Made by a program: the position numbers and the translations under genes. The notes beneath the pieces are model-generated. The model made no database searches and was not told the origin of the DNA. It saw only the letters and a program-made list of their open reading frames with translations. From Actinomycetota bacterium (GTDB lineage Bacteria; Actinomycetota; Actinomycetes; Streptosporangiales; Streptosporangiaceae), in the NCBI GenBank assembly GCA_027326205.1, contig DAHWEX010000289.1, positions 1 to 42,349 of the forward strand: a DNA stretch of 42,349 nt. Reading direction: 5' to 3'. Of this stretch, positions 1 to 10,382 are shown one piece after another. Positions within the stretch are counted from its first letter, which is position 1. Each line of letters begins with the position of its first letter.

Positions 1-1
1 G

Positions 2-550
2 ACCCCGGAGTCCATGATCGTCTGCGACCTGGACGGCACCGTGGTCGAAGGCGACCTCTCCCCCTCGAGTGATACCGCCGCCCACGCCTACGTCTACCGG
101 CATATGCCGCAGGTCGGGGGCGTCGTGCACACGCACTCCACCTACGCCTGCGCGTGGGCGGCGCGCGGCGAACCCGTGCCCTGCGTGCTCACCGCGATGG
201 GGGACGAGTTCGGCGGTGAGATCCCGATCGGACCGTTCGCGCTGATCGGTGACGACTCCATCGGGCGCGGGATCGTCGAGACCCTCTCCGGCCACCGCTC
301 GCCGGCGGTGCTGATGCGCAGCCACGGACCGTTCACCATCGGCAAGGACGCCCGCGCGGCGGTCAAGGCGGCCGTGATGTGCGAGGACGTCGCCCGCAGC
401 GTGCACATCGCCCGTCAGCTCGGCGAGCCGCTGCCGATCGGCGCGGCCGATATCGACCGCCTCTACGACCGCTACCAGAACGTCTACGGCCAGCCAGGAA
501 AGTCGTTATTTCCGTCATCCACCGAACCTTGTGACAAAAATTCACTTTGA
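2..550 (+). CDS. araD: L-ribulose-5-phosphate 4-epimerase (class II aldolase family); 5' end lies outside the window
   Basis: [17 protein letters not shown] metal-binding His motif, HGPFTIG and YQNVYGQ ending; frame is open to the window start (TPESM...); adjacent to araA. Confidence 0.92.
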   Translation, partial: TPESMIVCDLDGTVVEGDLSPSSDTAAHAYVYRHMPQVGGVVHTHSTYACAWAARGEPVPCVLTAMGDEFGGEIPIGPFALIGDDSIGRGIVETLSGHRSPAVLMRSHGPFTIGKDARAAVKAAVMCEDVARSVHIARQLGEPLPIGAADIDRLYDRYQNVYGQPGKSLFPSSTEPCDKNSL

Positions 551-573
551 CCCCGAATGGAGTCCCCCGCATC

Positions 574-2079
574 ATGAGCACCTCTCCCGCGCACGAGCTG
601 TGGTTCGTCACTGGCAGCCAGGGCCTTTACGGCGAGGAGACCTTGCGCCAGGTGGCCAGCCAGTCCCAGGTGATCGCGGCGGCGCTCGACGCCGTGCCGG
701 ACATCGCGGCGTCCGTGGTCTGGAAGCCGGTGCTCACCGATACGGCGGCCATCAGGCGGCTGTGCCTGGAAGCCAGCGCGGATGACTCGTGCATCGGCCT
801 CGTGGCGTGGATGCACACGTTCTCCCCCGCCAAGATGTGGATCTCCGGGCTCGAGGCGCTCGGCAAGCCACTGCTGCACCTGCACACGCAGGCGAACGTG
901 GCGCTGCCCTGGGCCGAGATCGACATGGACTTCATGAACCTGAACCAGGCCGCGCACGGCGACCGGGAGTTCGGCTACATCCAGACCAGGCTCGGCGTGG
1001 CCCGCAAGACCGTCGCCGGTCACGTGTCCGACCCGCGCGTGACCGCCTCGGTGGCGACCTGGGCCCGCGCCGCGTCCGGCTGGGCGGCGACGCGGTCGCT
1101 GAAGCTCGCCCGCTTCGGCGACAACATGCGCTACGTGGCCGTGACCGAGGGCGACAAGACCGAGGCCGAGGCGGTGTTCGGCGTCCAGGTCAACACCTGG
1201 GGCGTCAACGACCTGGTGGCGGCGGTGGACGCCGTCCCCGCCGTCCGCATCGACCAGTTGGTCAGCGAGTACGCCGATCTCTACGACGTCGCGCCCGAAC
1301 TGCTTCCCGACGGCGAACGGCACAAGTCGCTGCGTAACGGCGCGGCGATCGAACTCGGGCTGCGTTCCTTCCTGGAGGCCGGCGACTTCACCGCGTTCAC
1401 CACGAGCTTCGAGGACCTCGGCGGCCTGCGGCAACTCCCCGGCCTCGCCGTCCAGCGGCTGATGGCCGACGGCTACGGGTTCGGCGCCGAGGGCGACTGG
1501 AAGACCGCCATCGCGGTCCGGGCGGCCAAGGTCATGGGGGCCGGCCTGCCCGGCGGCGCGTCCCTCATGGAGGACTACACCTACGACCTGACCCCGGGCG
1601 ACGAGCGCATCCTCGGTGCGCACATGCTCGAGGTCTGCCCGACCCTCACCACCGCCCGCCCCCGGCTGGAGATCCACCCGCTCTCCATCGGCGCGCGCGA
1701 GGACCCCGTCCGGCTGGTCTTCACCGCTGACCCCGGCCCCGGGGTGGTCGTTGCCCTGTCTGACATGCGGGACCGGTTCCGGCTGGTCGCCAACCAGGTC
1801 GAACTCGTCCCGCCCAGCGCCCCGCTGCCGAAGCTGCCGGTCGGCCGCGCCGTCTGGAAGCCCGCCCCTGACTTCGCCACCTCCGCGGCCGCCTGGCTCA
1901 CCGCCGGCGCGGCGCACCACACCGTCATGTCCACCGCGGTCGGAATCGAGGCCTTCGAGGACTACGCGCGCATGGCGGGCACCGAACTGCTGGTGATCGA
2001 CTCGACGACCACGCTGCGGTCGTTCGAGGCCGAGATCCGGGCGAACGCCGCCTACTACCGACTCGCACGGGGCATCTGA
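574..2079 (+). CDS. araA: L-arabinose isomerase
   Basis: [59 protein letters not shown] and AHH motifs; ATG 574 chosen because GGAG lies at 559-562 (ORF track starts at TTG 547). Confidence 0.96.
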   Translation: MSTSPAHELWFVTGSQGLYGEETLRQVASQSQVIAAALDAVPDIAASVVWKPVLTDTAAIRRLCLEASADDSCIGLVAWMHTFSPAKMWISGLEALGKPLLHLHTQANVALPWAEIDMDFMNLNQAAHGDREFGYIQTRLGVARKTVAGHVSDPRVTASVATWARAASGWAATRSLKLARFGDNMRYVAVTEGDKTEAEAVFGVQVNTWGVNDLVAAVDAVPAVRIDQLVSEYADLYDVAPELLPDGERHKSLRNGAAIELGLRSFLEAGDFTAFTTSFEDLGGLRQLPGLAVQRLMADGYGFGAEGDWKTAIAVRAAKVMGAGLPGGASLMEDYTYDLTPGDERILGAHMLEVCPTLTTARPRLEIHPLSIGAREDPVRLVFTADPGPGVVVALSDMRDRFRLVANQVELVPPSAPLPKLPVGRAVWKPAPDFATSAAAWLTAGAAHHTVMSTAVGIEAFEDYARMAGTELLVIDSTTTLRSFEAEIRANAAYYRLARGI

Positions 2080-2379
2080 GCCCCAAGAGGAGAGCTATTC
2101 GGAAAGCAGCATACAGACACCGGGAGAAAAATATCCCCGCCCGCGGAGACATCCGGCCTCACGGCCTTTAACACGACACTCCGCAATGAATTAACGGTGC
2201 TCACTTTCGCCGTCAATTCTTACGAGAACCCGCCTTGAGAGTGTTTTTTTGGCAGCTCACGGCGGCCCGGTGTTCCCGTATGCCATCCGTCATTAAGTAT
2301 CGAGTTTTCCCTGCTCAGGGCGGACTTTATTTTTTCCTTACACAAAGACTCGCCATTGTAACGATACGATTGATGGATC

Positions 2380-2408
2380 TTGACACGACCCACGGATCGA
2401 CATACGTT
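2380..2408 (+). promoter_or_regulatory. Housekeeping sigma-type promoter for the sugar ABC operon
   Basis: TTGACA (2380-2385), 17-nt spacer, TACGTT (2403-2408) in an AT-rich intergenic region. Confidence 0.65.
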
Positions 2409-2534
2409 CGCGATATCGACTAACAAATCCATACGCCCGGTACAGCCGAGGGAATTCCATCGAGAGCACCTGGCAAATGGATGACTGCCTTTATCCAGGC
2501 CGTGCTCGCGACAACAAAACAAGGAGATTTGCGA

Positions 2535-3713
2535 ATGAACAGAAAGATGGCGGCAGGCCTCGCCGTCACCGCTGGCGCGCTGGCGCTCGCGGCCTGCTCC
2601 TCCCCGTCGAACAGCAGCAGCAGCTCGTCGGCCCCGGCGAGCAGCGCCGCCGCCACCTCGGCCGCGGCGTCGACGTCCGCGTCGGCGTCCGCGAGCTCCG
2701 GCGCCAGCTCCATCGTGGGTTCCTCCTCGTTCAACGACGCGAACCTGCAGGCGCTGACCACGAAGATCCAGAGCGCCATCGGCAGCAAGAGCCTGTCCGG
2801 CGTCAAGATCGCGATGATCACCAACGGCAACGCGTCCTACTGGAACGAGGCCAAGGCGGGCTGGAACGCCGCCATGAAGTGGCTCGGCGCCAAGGGCGCC
2901 ACCGGCGAGTTCACCGAGCCGACCTCCTCGACGGCGAGTGTCCAGGTCTCGCTGCTCGAGACGCTGACCTCGCAGGGCTACACCGGCTGGGGCGTCAGCG
3001 CGGTGACGTCCGCGTCGGTCACCACGCCGATCGCGCAGGCGGTGGCGAAGGGGGTCAGCGTGGTCGCCTACGACTCGCCGCTGCCCAGCGCCAAGACCCA
3101 GCTGTACATCGGCACGCCGAACACCACGGCGGGCTGCGACGCGGGCAAGGCGATGACCCAGGCCATCGGTTCCGGCGACGTGGTCGCGATCAGCGGCTCG
3201 CTGACCGCGGCGAACACCCAGCAGCGGATCGCCGGGTTCGAGCAGTGCGCGGGCTCGGGCGTCAAGGTCGTGCAGACCCTCAACGACAACCAGGACGTCG
3301 CCACGGCCGTCTCTGACATTCAGGCCGCCCTCCAGGCGAACCCGAACATCAAGGGCGTCTACGCCGTGTACTCCTACGACGGCGGCGCGGCCGGCCAGGC
3401 GGTCCAGGCCTCCGGCGACACCGGCAAGGTCACCATCGTGTCCGACGACGGCGAATCCAACACCGTCGCCGACGTGAAGAGCGGCCTGATCGCCGCCTCG
3501 ATCCTGCAGCGCCCGTACTACCAGGGCTACATGCTCGCCTACGTCCTCGCGGCCGACAAGGTGCTGGGCCAGAGCGCGACGATGGCCCTGGTCAAGCCGT
3601 ACTTCGACAGCACCGGCGGGAACACCCTCAGCACCGGGGTGGGCGTCATGACCCAGGCGAACGTCAGCGACTTCACTCACTTCTGGTCCGGGATCGGGCT
3701 TCAGTCGCAGTGA
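2535..3713 (+). CDS. Sugar ABC transporter substrate-binding lipoprotein (RbsB-like)
   Basis: AAGGAG RBS at 2521, signal peptide with lipobox LAAC, Ser/Ala linker, VVAYDS, YIGT, QRIAGF and ILQRPYYQGY motifs. Confidence 0.9.
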   Translation: MNRKMAAGLAVTAGALALAACSSPSNSSSSSSAPASSAAATSAAASTSASASASSGASSIVGSSSFNDANLQALTTKIQSAIGSKSLSGVKIAMITNGNASYWNEAKAGWNAAMKWLGAKGATGEFTEPTSSTASVQVSLLETLTSQGYTGWGVSAVTSASVTTPIAQAVAKGVSVVAYDSPLPSAKTQLYIGTPNTTAGCDAGKAMTQAIGSGDVVAISGSLTAANTQQRIAGFEQCAGSGVKVVQTLNDNQDVATAVSDIQAALQANPNIKGVYAVYSYDGGAAGQAVQASGDTGKVTIVSDDGESNTVADVKSGLIAASILQRPYYQGYMLAYVLAADKVLGQSATMALVKPYFDSTGGNTLSTGVGVMTQANVSDFTHFWSGIGLQSQ

Positions 3714-5248
3714 CCGAATCGGCTGCTAGCCACGTGTCGCAGGGGAACGCCGACGGCGTTTCCCTGCGCCGCGTGTCCAAGACATATGGCCTGGCCACCG
3801 TCCTCCAAGTCGCAGGGCTGGTCTTCCGCAACGGCGAGGTCACCGGCCTGGTCGGCGAGAACGGGGCCGGCAAGACCACGATGCTCGGCATCCTGGCCGG
3901 CACGGTGATGCCGGACCAGGGCGGCGACGTGGTCATCAACGGCGAACCGGTGCACCCGGGCTCGCCCATCGCGAGCCAGGCGGCGGGCGTCGCCATGGTC
4001 TCCCAGGAGTTCCCGCTGGTCGGTCAGCTGAGCGTGGCGGAGAACCTCACGCTCGGCCTGCGGCCGCAGGGCAGGGGCTTGTTCTTCAACCGGAAATCCG
4101 TCGCCGCCGTGGCCCGGGGCATGCTGGAGCGGGTCAACCTCGACATCGACCCCTACGCTCCGGTCTCCTCGCTGTCCATCCCGGCCCGGCAACTGCTTGA
4201 GGTCGCGAAGGCACTCGGCCGCGACCCCAAGCTGCTCATCCTCGACGAGCCGACCTCGGCGCTCGGCCCGGTCGAGGCCGACCTGGTCATCGGCATCGCC
4301 AGGGAGCACGCGGCCAACGGCGGCGCCGTGATCTTCGTGGGGCACCGCCTCGAAGAGGTCAGGGAGGCCGCCGACCGGGTGATCGTGCTGCGCAACGGCA
4401 GGCTGGTCGCCGACATGCCTGTCGCGGAGGCGACCGATGACCGGCTGATCAAGGAGATGGTCGGCCGGGAGCACCTGGCCACGGTGACGGCGGACCACAG
4501 CGGCCTCGCCCGGCCGACGCCGGTGTTCACCGCCGAGGACCTCACCGCGGTGGGCCTCGGACCGGTGAGCCTGAGCGTCAGTGAGGGCGAGGTACTCGGC
4601 ATCGCCGGGCTGATGGGCGCGGGCAGAAGCCGGCTCATGCACACCATCTTCGGCGCCATCCCGCGCACCGGCGGCACGATGACGCTCGCCGGCGCCTCCT
4701 ACGCGCCGCGGAACGCCGGCCAGGCCGTCGCGGCCGGCGTGGCGCTCGTTCCGGAGGACCGCAAGCAGCAGTCCATCCTCGCCAACGCCCCGGTGCGGTG
4801 GAACGTGACGCTGGCCACCCTCCGCCGGCTGAGCACACGCGGTTTCTTCTCCCCCAAGGCGGAGCGAGTCCGGGCCAAGGAGTTCACCGGCCGCACCGGG
4901 GCCAGGTTCGCGTCGATCGAGCAGCCGATCGGGTCGCTGTCCGGCGGCAACCAGCAGCGGGTTATCTTCGGCAAGTGGTTCGCCGCCGAGCCGAAGCTGC
5001 TGCTGCTTGACGAGCCCACCCGTGGCGTCGACGTTGGTGCCAAGGCGGAGATCTACGGGCTCATCGACGAGGCCCGGGCGCGCGGCATGGCCGTGATCGT
5101 GGCGTCCTCGGAACTTGAGGAGCTGTTCCACCTCTCGGACCAGATCGTCGTGCTCAGGCACGGTCGCATCGGCCGCGTCCTGACCAAAGATCAGTTCTCC
5201 AAAGAGCAGGTGCTGCTCACCGCAAGCGGAGTTAAGGAAATCCCGTGA
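3710..5248 (+). CDS. Sugar ABC transporter ATP-binding protein with two ATPase domains (RbsA/MglA type)
   Basis: GENGAGKTT, LILDEPTS, VPEDRK, LSGGNQQ, LLDEPTRGVDVGAK; GTGA overlap with the upstream gene. Confidence 0.95.
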   Translation: MTESAASHVSQGNADGVSLRRVSKTYGLATVLQVAGLVFRNGEVTGLVGENGAGKTTMLGILAGTVMPDQGGDVVINGEPVHPGSPIASQAAGVAMVSQEFPLVGQLSVAENLTLGLRPQGRGLFFNRKSVAAVARGMLERVNLDIDPYAPVSSLSIPARQLLEVAKALGRDPKLLILDEPTSALGPVEADLVIGIAREHAANGGAVIFVGHRLEEVREAADRVIVLRNGRLVADMPVAEATDDRLIKEMVGREHLATVTADHSGLARPTPVFTAEDLTAVGLGPVSLSVSEGEVLGIAGLMGAGRSRLMHTIFGAIPRTGGTMTLAGASYAPRNAGQAVAAGVALVPEDRKQQSILANAPVRWNVTLATLRRLSTRGFFSPKAERVRAKEFTGRTGARFASIEQPIGSLSGGNQQRVIFGKWFAAEPKLLLLDEPTRGVDVGAKAEIYGLIDEARARGMAVIVASSELEELFHLSDQIVVLRHGRIGRVLTKDQFSKEQVLLTASGVKEIP

Positions 5249-6342
5249 CAAGAAGCGAAGCGGGGACGTCGCAGGACGTGTCCGGAACCCAAGAGACGGG
5301 GCTCGCCGCGCGCCCGAGCCGACTGCGGGCGATCGTCGACATCCCGGAATTCGGCGTGATCGCGGCGTGCGTGCTGGTCTTCGTCATCGTGACGATCCTG
5401 CAGCCCCGGTTCGCCGACGCGGGCAACCTCCAGGTCATCGGCCTTGACCTCGCCGACTACGGCATTCTGACGATCGGCGTCGGTATCGTGATCCTGACCA
5501 GCGGCATCGACCTGTCGCCAGGGTCGGTCGTCGCGCTCTGCGCCGTGGTTTCCGCCTACCTGAACGTCAACGACAACGTGCCTGTCGGCCTGTGCGTCAT
5601 CTTCTCGGTCCTGATCGGCGCGGTCATCGGGTTCCTGCACGGCTGGTTCGTCACCCGGCTTGACGTGCCGCCGTTCGCGATCACGCTGGTAACGCTGACC
5701 GCTGCCGCCGGCGGGGCGCTGGCGCTGACATCGGGCCAGCCGATCAGCGGCGTCGCGTTCTTCTACCAGGACATCACGCTGTCCAAGGTGGGCGGCGTTC
5801 CGGTGCCGGACATCATCTTCGTGGTGGTGGCGGTCCTTGCCTGGATTCTCCTGGAGCGGACCTACATCGGCCGCCAGATCTACGCCGTGGGCGGCAACCA
5901 GGAGGCGGCCCGGCTCGCGGGCATCCCCGTCAAGCGGCGCCTCATGCTCACCTACATCATCAGCGGCGCCTGCGCCGGCCTCGTCGCCGTCATGGTCATC
6001 GGCCGGGTCGGCGTCGGCGACCCGAGCGTGGGCAGCGGCTGGGAACTCGACGCCATCGCCGGCGCGGTCATCGGCGGCGTGAGCCTCTACGGCGGCGAGG
6101 GCCGGATCGTCGGGATGGTCTTCGGCATCCTGCTCCTCATGCTCATCAACAACGCGCTGATCGTGCTGAACGTCAACCCGTACTACCAGCAGGTCGCCCT
6201 GGGCCTAGTCCTCGGCGTGGCGATCGTCGCCGACCGCATCAGGGCCCGCAGCCGCGGCCAGGCCCGGCCACGAGGCATCCCGATCTTCGGTGCCCGCGGC
6301 AGCAACCCCAAGCCGGGGGGAGAGCCGGCGTCCGCCGCCTAG
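5245..6342 (+). CDS. Sugar ABC transporter permease (RbsC-like)
   Basis: GIDLSPGS, GRQIYAVGGNQEAARLAGI, ELDAIAGAVIGGVSLYGGEG; multiple hydrophobic segments. Confidence 0.95.
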   Translation: MTRSEAGTSQDVSGTQETGLAARPSRLRAIVDIPEFGVIAACVLVFVIVTILQPRFADAGNLQVIGLDLADYGILTIGVGIVILTSGIDLSPGSVVALCAVVSAYLNVNDNVPVGLCVIFSVLIGAVIGFLHGWFVTRLDVPPFAITLVTLTAAAGGALALTSGQPISGVAFFYQDITLSKVGGVPVPDIIFVVVAVLAWILLERTYIGRQIYAVGGNQEAARLAGIPVKRRLMLTYIISGACAGLVAVMVIGRVGVGDPSVGSGWELDAIAGAVIGGVSLYGGEGRIVGMVFGILLLMLINNALIVLNVNPYYQQVALGLVLGVAIVADRIRARSRGQARPRGIPIFGARGSNPKPGGEPASAA

Positions 6343-6537
6343 GCACGGCCCGGCGGCTCCGCGCTGGCCGGCCGCTTCCGCCCGGGCCGGTCCAGCCGAC
6401 GCGCGGTGCGCCATCAGCCGAAGACAGCGGACCGCTGGGAGTACCTGGCAGGCTCCCAGCGGTCCGCCGTCTTCGCTTATCGGGCGCTCACGGGTCTTAC
6501 CCGGTTGTCACGGGCCGGTCGCGGGACGGCCGACGGG

Positions 6538-8367
6538 TCAGTACACGCAGGGGATGCCGGCCGGAACGTCCGCGGGACGCGGGCCCTTGTAGGAAGACGA
6601 GGTGGTCGCCGTGCCCGCGGACGTCGCCAGTTGCATCACCGCCGTCAACTGGGCCATCTCCGACTGTGCGGCGGCGGACTGGGCGGCCGCCGTCGACTGG
6701 GCCGTGGCAGCCGCGGGCGCGCCGATCTCAGCGGCGTTCACCGACTGGGTCGCGGGCGCAGCGCCGGCCGTGGTGGCCGGGGGGATCTCGCTGGCGGGCA
6801 GGTTGTCCTGCTGGGCCGCCGCGGCGAAGTCCTGCCCGGTGACCGTGGTCGCGCCGAAGGTCTCCAGGCCGGCCGGGAGCGCGATCACCTGCTGGCCGAG
6901 CAGCACCTCGACGTGGCCGGCCGGCAGCGACGACACCGAGGCGGGGGCCATGACCCCGACCAGGTCCGCGATGCTGTCCGCGTTGGTTTCCGCGCCCGCG
7001 CCGTAGAAGACCTGCGTTTGGTTCTGCAACTGCTGCGACTGGGCGGAGGCGTTGTCGGCCTTGCCTGCCGTGTAGCCGAGCGCCGCGAAGGCCTGCGAGG
7101 CGCTCCCGGCCAGGCCGGACGCGCCGCTGCCGTTGTAGACGTCCACGGTCACCGACTTGGTCGCCTTGACCGCCGCGGTCCCGTAGAACGCGGCGTTCAC
7201 CCGTTGCTGGAGGTTCGGCACGTAAATGTAGTTCGCGTCCTGCATGCTGGGGTACCCGGGAATCGTGATGTTCTGCACGGCGGCGTCGGGCAGCGTGGTC
7301 ATCTTCAGGTGCGCGCCGGTGAGGGACTGCATCTGCGGGGCGAAGTTGAGCAGGTCGAAGCCCTGGTCGGTCTGCAGGTAGGACTTCGCGTTGTTGAGCA
7401 TGCTGGAGATCAGGCCCGGATCGGTCAGCACGTTCCGGTGCTTGAAGTCGTAGATGATGTAGTCGATCGCGGCCTGCTGCCGCGCGGTCCGGCCGATGTC
7501 GACGCCGGGCAGCGAGTCCCTGGCCCGGACGAACGCCAGCGACTGGTCCGGCTGCAGGTGGATGTACTGTGCGCCCCGTTTCGCCTCGTTGTAGCCGTCC
7601 TTGAACGCGTCGAAGCCCGAGTTGCTATCGACCAGGGGAGCGTTTCCCGAGGGCAGGTCGACCAGGTTTGACCCGGTCCTGAACCCCAGCCCGGGCGGCT
7701 CTATCGAAGCCGGGGCCGGCGCGATGCACACGTTGATGCCGCCGATCTGCTCGGCGATCTGGAGGAACCCTTCGATGTTCGACACGACGAAGTGGTCGAT
7801 GTGCACCCCGGTGACCTGCTCCACCGTCTGGACCGTGAACAACTGGCCAGCCTGGTTGGCCCCGGTATAGAGGGCCGGGGTGGTGCCCATCGTCCCGATG
7901 TTCTGGGAGATGTACTGGTCGTAGGCGTACAGGTACGCCGCGTCGATCTTTCCCTCGGTGAGGACGGCCCCGTTGACGGTGACCGAGTGCGGAAAGTTAA
8001 CGACGTCGTCGCGGGGGATGGAGAAGCCGGTCGCATGCTGCCCCCCGGCAAAGATGTGGACGAGGATCAGCGTGTCCGTGTCCTGCGATCCCAGGTTGCC
8101 GTTGACGCTGCCGGAGTGCGTCTGGGTGAGCTGCGCCGCGCTGAGCGTCTGGCCCTGGAAGTTGGTACGGCTCTCCAGCCCCATGAGCAGGATGTTCATC
8201 GCGCCGGTGGGCGAAACGCCGCCCCCGAGGTTCGCCCCGCCCTCCAGCCCCGTGGCGGCTCCGACCAAGCCATGGGCATACCCGCTCGTCACGAGGACGA
8301 TCACCGACGCGAGGCAGACCACCGCATAGCCGAACTTGCCGAGAACCGCAGAACCAGACCGGCGCAT
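6538..8367 (-). CDS. LytR-CpsA-Psr (LCP) family protein with C-terminal LytR_C domain
   Basis: N-terminal TM helix, NILLMGLESR, DTDTLILVH, FSIPRDD, KIDAAY, LAFVRAR, DIGRTARQQ, then VTVDVYNGSGASGLA and a GIPCVY ending. Confidence 0.9.
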   Translation of the reverse strand: MRRSGSAVLGKFGYAVVCLASVIVLVTSGYAHGLVGAATGLEGGANLGGGVSPTGAMNILLMGLESRTNFQGQTLSAAQLTQTHSGSVNGNLGSQDTDTLILVHIFAGGQHATGFSIPRDDVVNFPHSVTVNGAVLTEGKIDAAYLYAYDQYISQNIGTMGTTPALYTGANQAGQLFTVQTVEQVTGVHIDHFVVSNIEGFLQIAEQIGGINVCIAPAPASIEPPGLGFRTGSNLVDLPSGNAPLVDSNSGFDAFKDGYNEAKRGAQYIHLQPDQSLAFVRARDSLPGVDIGRTARQQAAIDYIIYDFKHRNVLTDPGLISSMLNNAKSYLQTDQGFDLLNFAPQMQSLTGAHLKMTTLPDAAVQNITIPGYPSMQDANYIYVPNLQQRVNAAFYGTAAVKATKSVTVDVYNGSGASGLAGSASQAFAALGYTAGKADNASAQSQQLQNQTQVFYGAGAETNADSIADLVGVMAPASVSSLPAGHVEVLLGQQVIALPAGLETFGATTVTGQDFAAAAQQDNLPASEIPPATTAGAAPATQSVNAAEIGAPAAATAQSTAAAQSAAAQSEMAQLTAVMQLATSAGTATTSSSYKGPRPADVPAGIPCVY

Positions 8368-8616
8368 ACTCTCTCTCCTCCCAGTCGGCGGAGAGCATAT
8401 CGACCGTCATGCACCCTCCACCGCCACAATGAGGAGATGTAAGGGATTAACAAGCCACACTATAAGCATTAAGCCACCCAAAATCGCCCGCCGGGCAGCC
8501 GCGAAGCCCCGCCGCAGTTGTCACCGTGGCCCGCCTCGACCGCCCCGAGCCACTCGTGCGGCGCGCAGCGCCGCACACCGGGGGGTCCGGGGGGTCGCCC
8601 CCCCGGGAGACATAAC

Positions 8617-8657
8617 GAGACGACTCTGTACGCGCTTTCTGCGTACAGAGTCGTCTC
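8617..8657 (-). terminator. Perfect 17-bp hairpin just 3' of the tRNA, probable terminator
   Basis: GAGACGACTCTGTACGC (8617-8633), 7-nt loop, GCGTACAGAGTCGTCTC (8641-8657). Confidence 0.6.
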
Positions 8658-8666
8658 AGAGTCTCG

Positions 8667-8740
8667 TGGAGCTAAGGGGATTTGAACCCCTGACCCCCTC
8701 GATGCGAACGAGGTGCGCTACCGGACTGCGCTATAGCCCC
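8667..8740 (-). tRNA. tRNA-Ala (anticodon CGC); CCA not encoded
   Basis: Minus strand reads GGGGCTATAGCGCAGTCCGGTAGCGCACCTCGTTCGCATCGAGGGGGTCAGGGGTTCAAATCCCCTTAGCTCCA; G3:U70 Ala identity pair, anticodon arm CCTCG-TTCGCAT-CGAGG, T loop TTCAAAT. Confidence 0.96.
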
Positions 8741-8816
8741 AAGGAACTGTTGCTAGCTTAGCAAACCCTGTGGGCTGTTCGCGCCATCCTTGGCTTCGGC
8801 ATCAGGGACTCGGTCG

Positions 8817-9551
8817 CTAGTCGCCGACGGCGCGCAGGCGCGGCGGGTCGCAGGCCTCGTAGTCGTCGTCCGCGGACTCGGCTGGTCCGGTTGGTCTGGC
8901 GACTTCGCGCCCGGCCGGGCCGGGGTCCGCGTTCGAGGTGGTGTACTTGCCCGCCAGGCCGGGCGCGAAGTCGCGTCCCGCGTCCTCGTAGTCGGCGGCC
9001 ACCGGCGCGGCGGCGAACTTCGCGGCGAGCGCCGCGGCCACGTCGGCGGTGCCCTCCGCGGAGGTGTCCTCCGCGGGCGTCGTCCGGCGGGCCTGCGCCC
9101 GGCGGTCCCGCGCCCGCTCCCTGGCGTGGGCCGCGGCGGCCGCCGCGGCCTCGCGCTGCGCCCGCTCCGCGTCGGCCCGGCCGGCCTCGCGCAGCAGCAG
9201 CACGTACCCGACGAGCATGATCGTGGGCGGGACGACGACCCATACCGCGGCAAGGCGGAGAACCGCGAGGGAGATCGCCGCGATCTCGAGGCCGATCAGC
9301 ATCAGCAGCAGGCGGCGCCGGGCGGCGAGCATGCGCCGGCGGCCCTCCTCCGGGCTCACCGGCTCGGGAGCCGGGGCAGGCGGGTCCACGTCGGCCGTCT
9401 CGTCCGGCGGCGCCCCCTCCTCGGCCGCCAGGTCCGGGTCGGCGGCGACCGGGGCGGGCACCGGGGCGGTGGCGCCGCGCTTGAGCCACCGGGGAATGAG
9501 CACGCAGGCCCAGATCGCGATGATCGCCAGGTAAAGAATGGCGCTGCTCAT
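8817..9551 (-). CDS. sepX: Divisome-associated membrane protein, SepX/GlpR family
   Basis: N-terminal TM segment IIAIWACVLIPRWL, central ARRRLL followed by two TM helices, C-terminal RAVGD; conserved position between the RimJ-like gene and tRNA-Ala. Confidence 0.75.
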   Translation of the reverse strand: MSSAILYLAIIAIWACVLIPRWLKRGATAPVPAPVAADPDLAAEEGAPPDETADVDPPAPAPEPVSPEEGRRRMLAARRRLLLMLIGLEIAAISLAVLRLAAVWVVVPPTIMLVGYVLLLREAGRADAERAQREAAAAAAAHARERARDRRAQARRTTPAEDTSAEGTADVAAALAAKFAAAPVAADYEDAGRDFAPGLAGKYTTSNADPGPAGREVARPTGPAESADDDYEACDPPRLRAVGD

Positions 9552-9690
9552 CGGGCTCGTGCCTCCCCTCGGTCATTCCCGCACCGGGCACACCGGCCAT
9601 GTGACGCAGCGTAAAGGGAGCGACTGTCGATAACGAGCACCCGCGCGGCGTGTCGCGAAGATCAAAGGCTAAGTTCCATGATGGCATCGG

Positions 9691-10341
9691 CTACGCGCCG
9701 GACCGCGACGCCGCGAGCGCGCTCCGCCAGCGCGACATCATCCCCGTGGGTATCTCCTCGGCGGTGATCGCGTAGCAGATGTGGTCCCGCCAGGTGCCGT
9801 TGATGTGCAGTTGCCGCACCCGGACGCCCTCCTCCCTGAACCCGAGTTTCTCCACCACCCGGCGCGAAGCGACGTTCTCCGGCCGGATCGACGCCTCGAG
9901 CCGGTGCAGGCCCATCACCCGGAAGCAGTGGTCAACGGCCATCGCCAGCGCGGTGGGGATGATCCCGCGCCCCGCGTACCGCTCGTCGACCCAGTAGCCG
10001 ATCTGCCCGGACCGCGACGAGCCCCACACGATCGACCCGACCGTGAGCTGCCCGGCGAACTCCCCGCCGTAGCAGACCACCCAGGGTAGCGCGACGCCCT
10101 GCCTGGCCTCCCGCCGCATCGTGCGCACCATGGCCACGTACGGCCCGATCGGAGACCTGACCAGCGGCGTTTCCGGGTTCGACGGCTCCCACGGGCGCAG
10201 CCACGAGGCGTTACGTACCCGGATCTCGCGCCAGGCGCGCGCATCAGAAACGCGCACGGGCCGGAGCACGACCGGTGCTTCCAGCAAGTCCGGCTCGTTA
10301 AGGGTGGCTGGCCACCCCTGGATGCGTCCCACGGCTGTCAA
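9691..10341 (-). CDS. GNAT family N-acetyltransferase, RimJ-like
   Basis: WLRPWEP, GQIGYWVD, GRGI, GLHRLEASIRPENVASRRVVEKLGFREEG, WRDH. Confidence 0.88.
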   Translation of the reverse strand: MTAVGRIQGWPATLNEPDLLEAPVVLRPVRVSDARAWREIRVRNASWLRPWEPSNPETPLVRSPIGPYVAMVRTMRREARQGVALPWVVCYGGEFAGQLTVGSIVWGSSRSGQIGYWVDERYAGRGIIPTALAMAVDHCFRVMGLHRLEASIRPENVASRRVVEKLGFREEGVRVRQLHINGTWRDHICYAITAEEIPTGMMSRWRSALAASRSGA

Positions 10342-10382
10342 TCATTCCCCTGAGTTTTAATTCATCTAGCGTAGCCGCAACG

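Noticed and set aside
494-550. AraD C-terminal tail after YQNVYGQ running into AT-richer sequence
   Set aside because: Short tail variation is common; no evidence of function
484-5251. Long minus-strand ORFs (484-1920, 2220-3680, 3701-5251) and similar ORFs elsewhere, such as 24180-25532, 30602-32254 and 37365-39596
   Set aside because: Antisense shadows of well-supported genes, expected in high-GC DNA; no recognisable motifs
8667-8740. tRNA-Ala as an integration site for a genomic island
   Set aside because: No integrase and no duplicated tRNA 3' end found in the window
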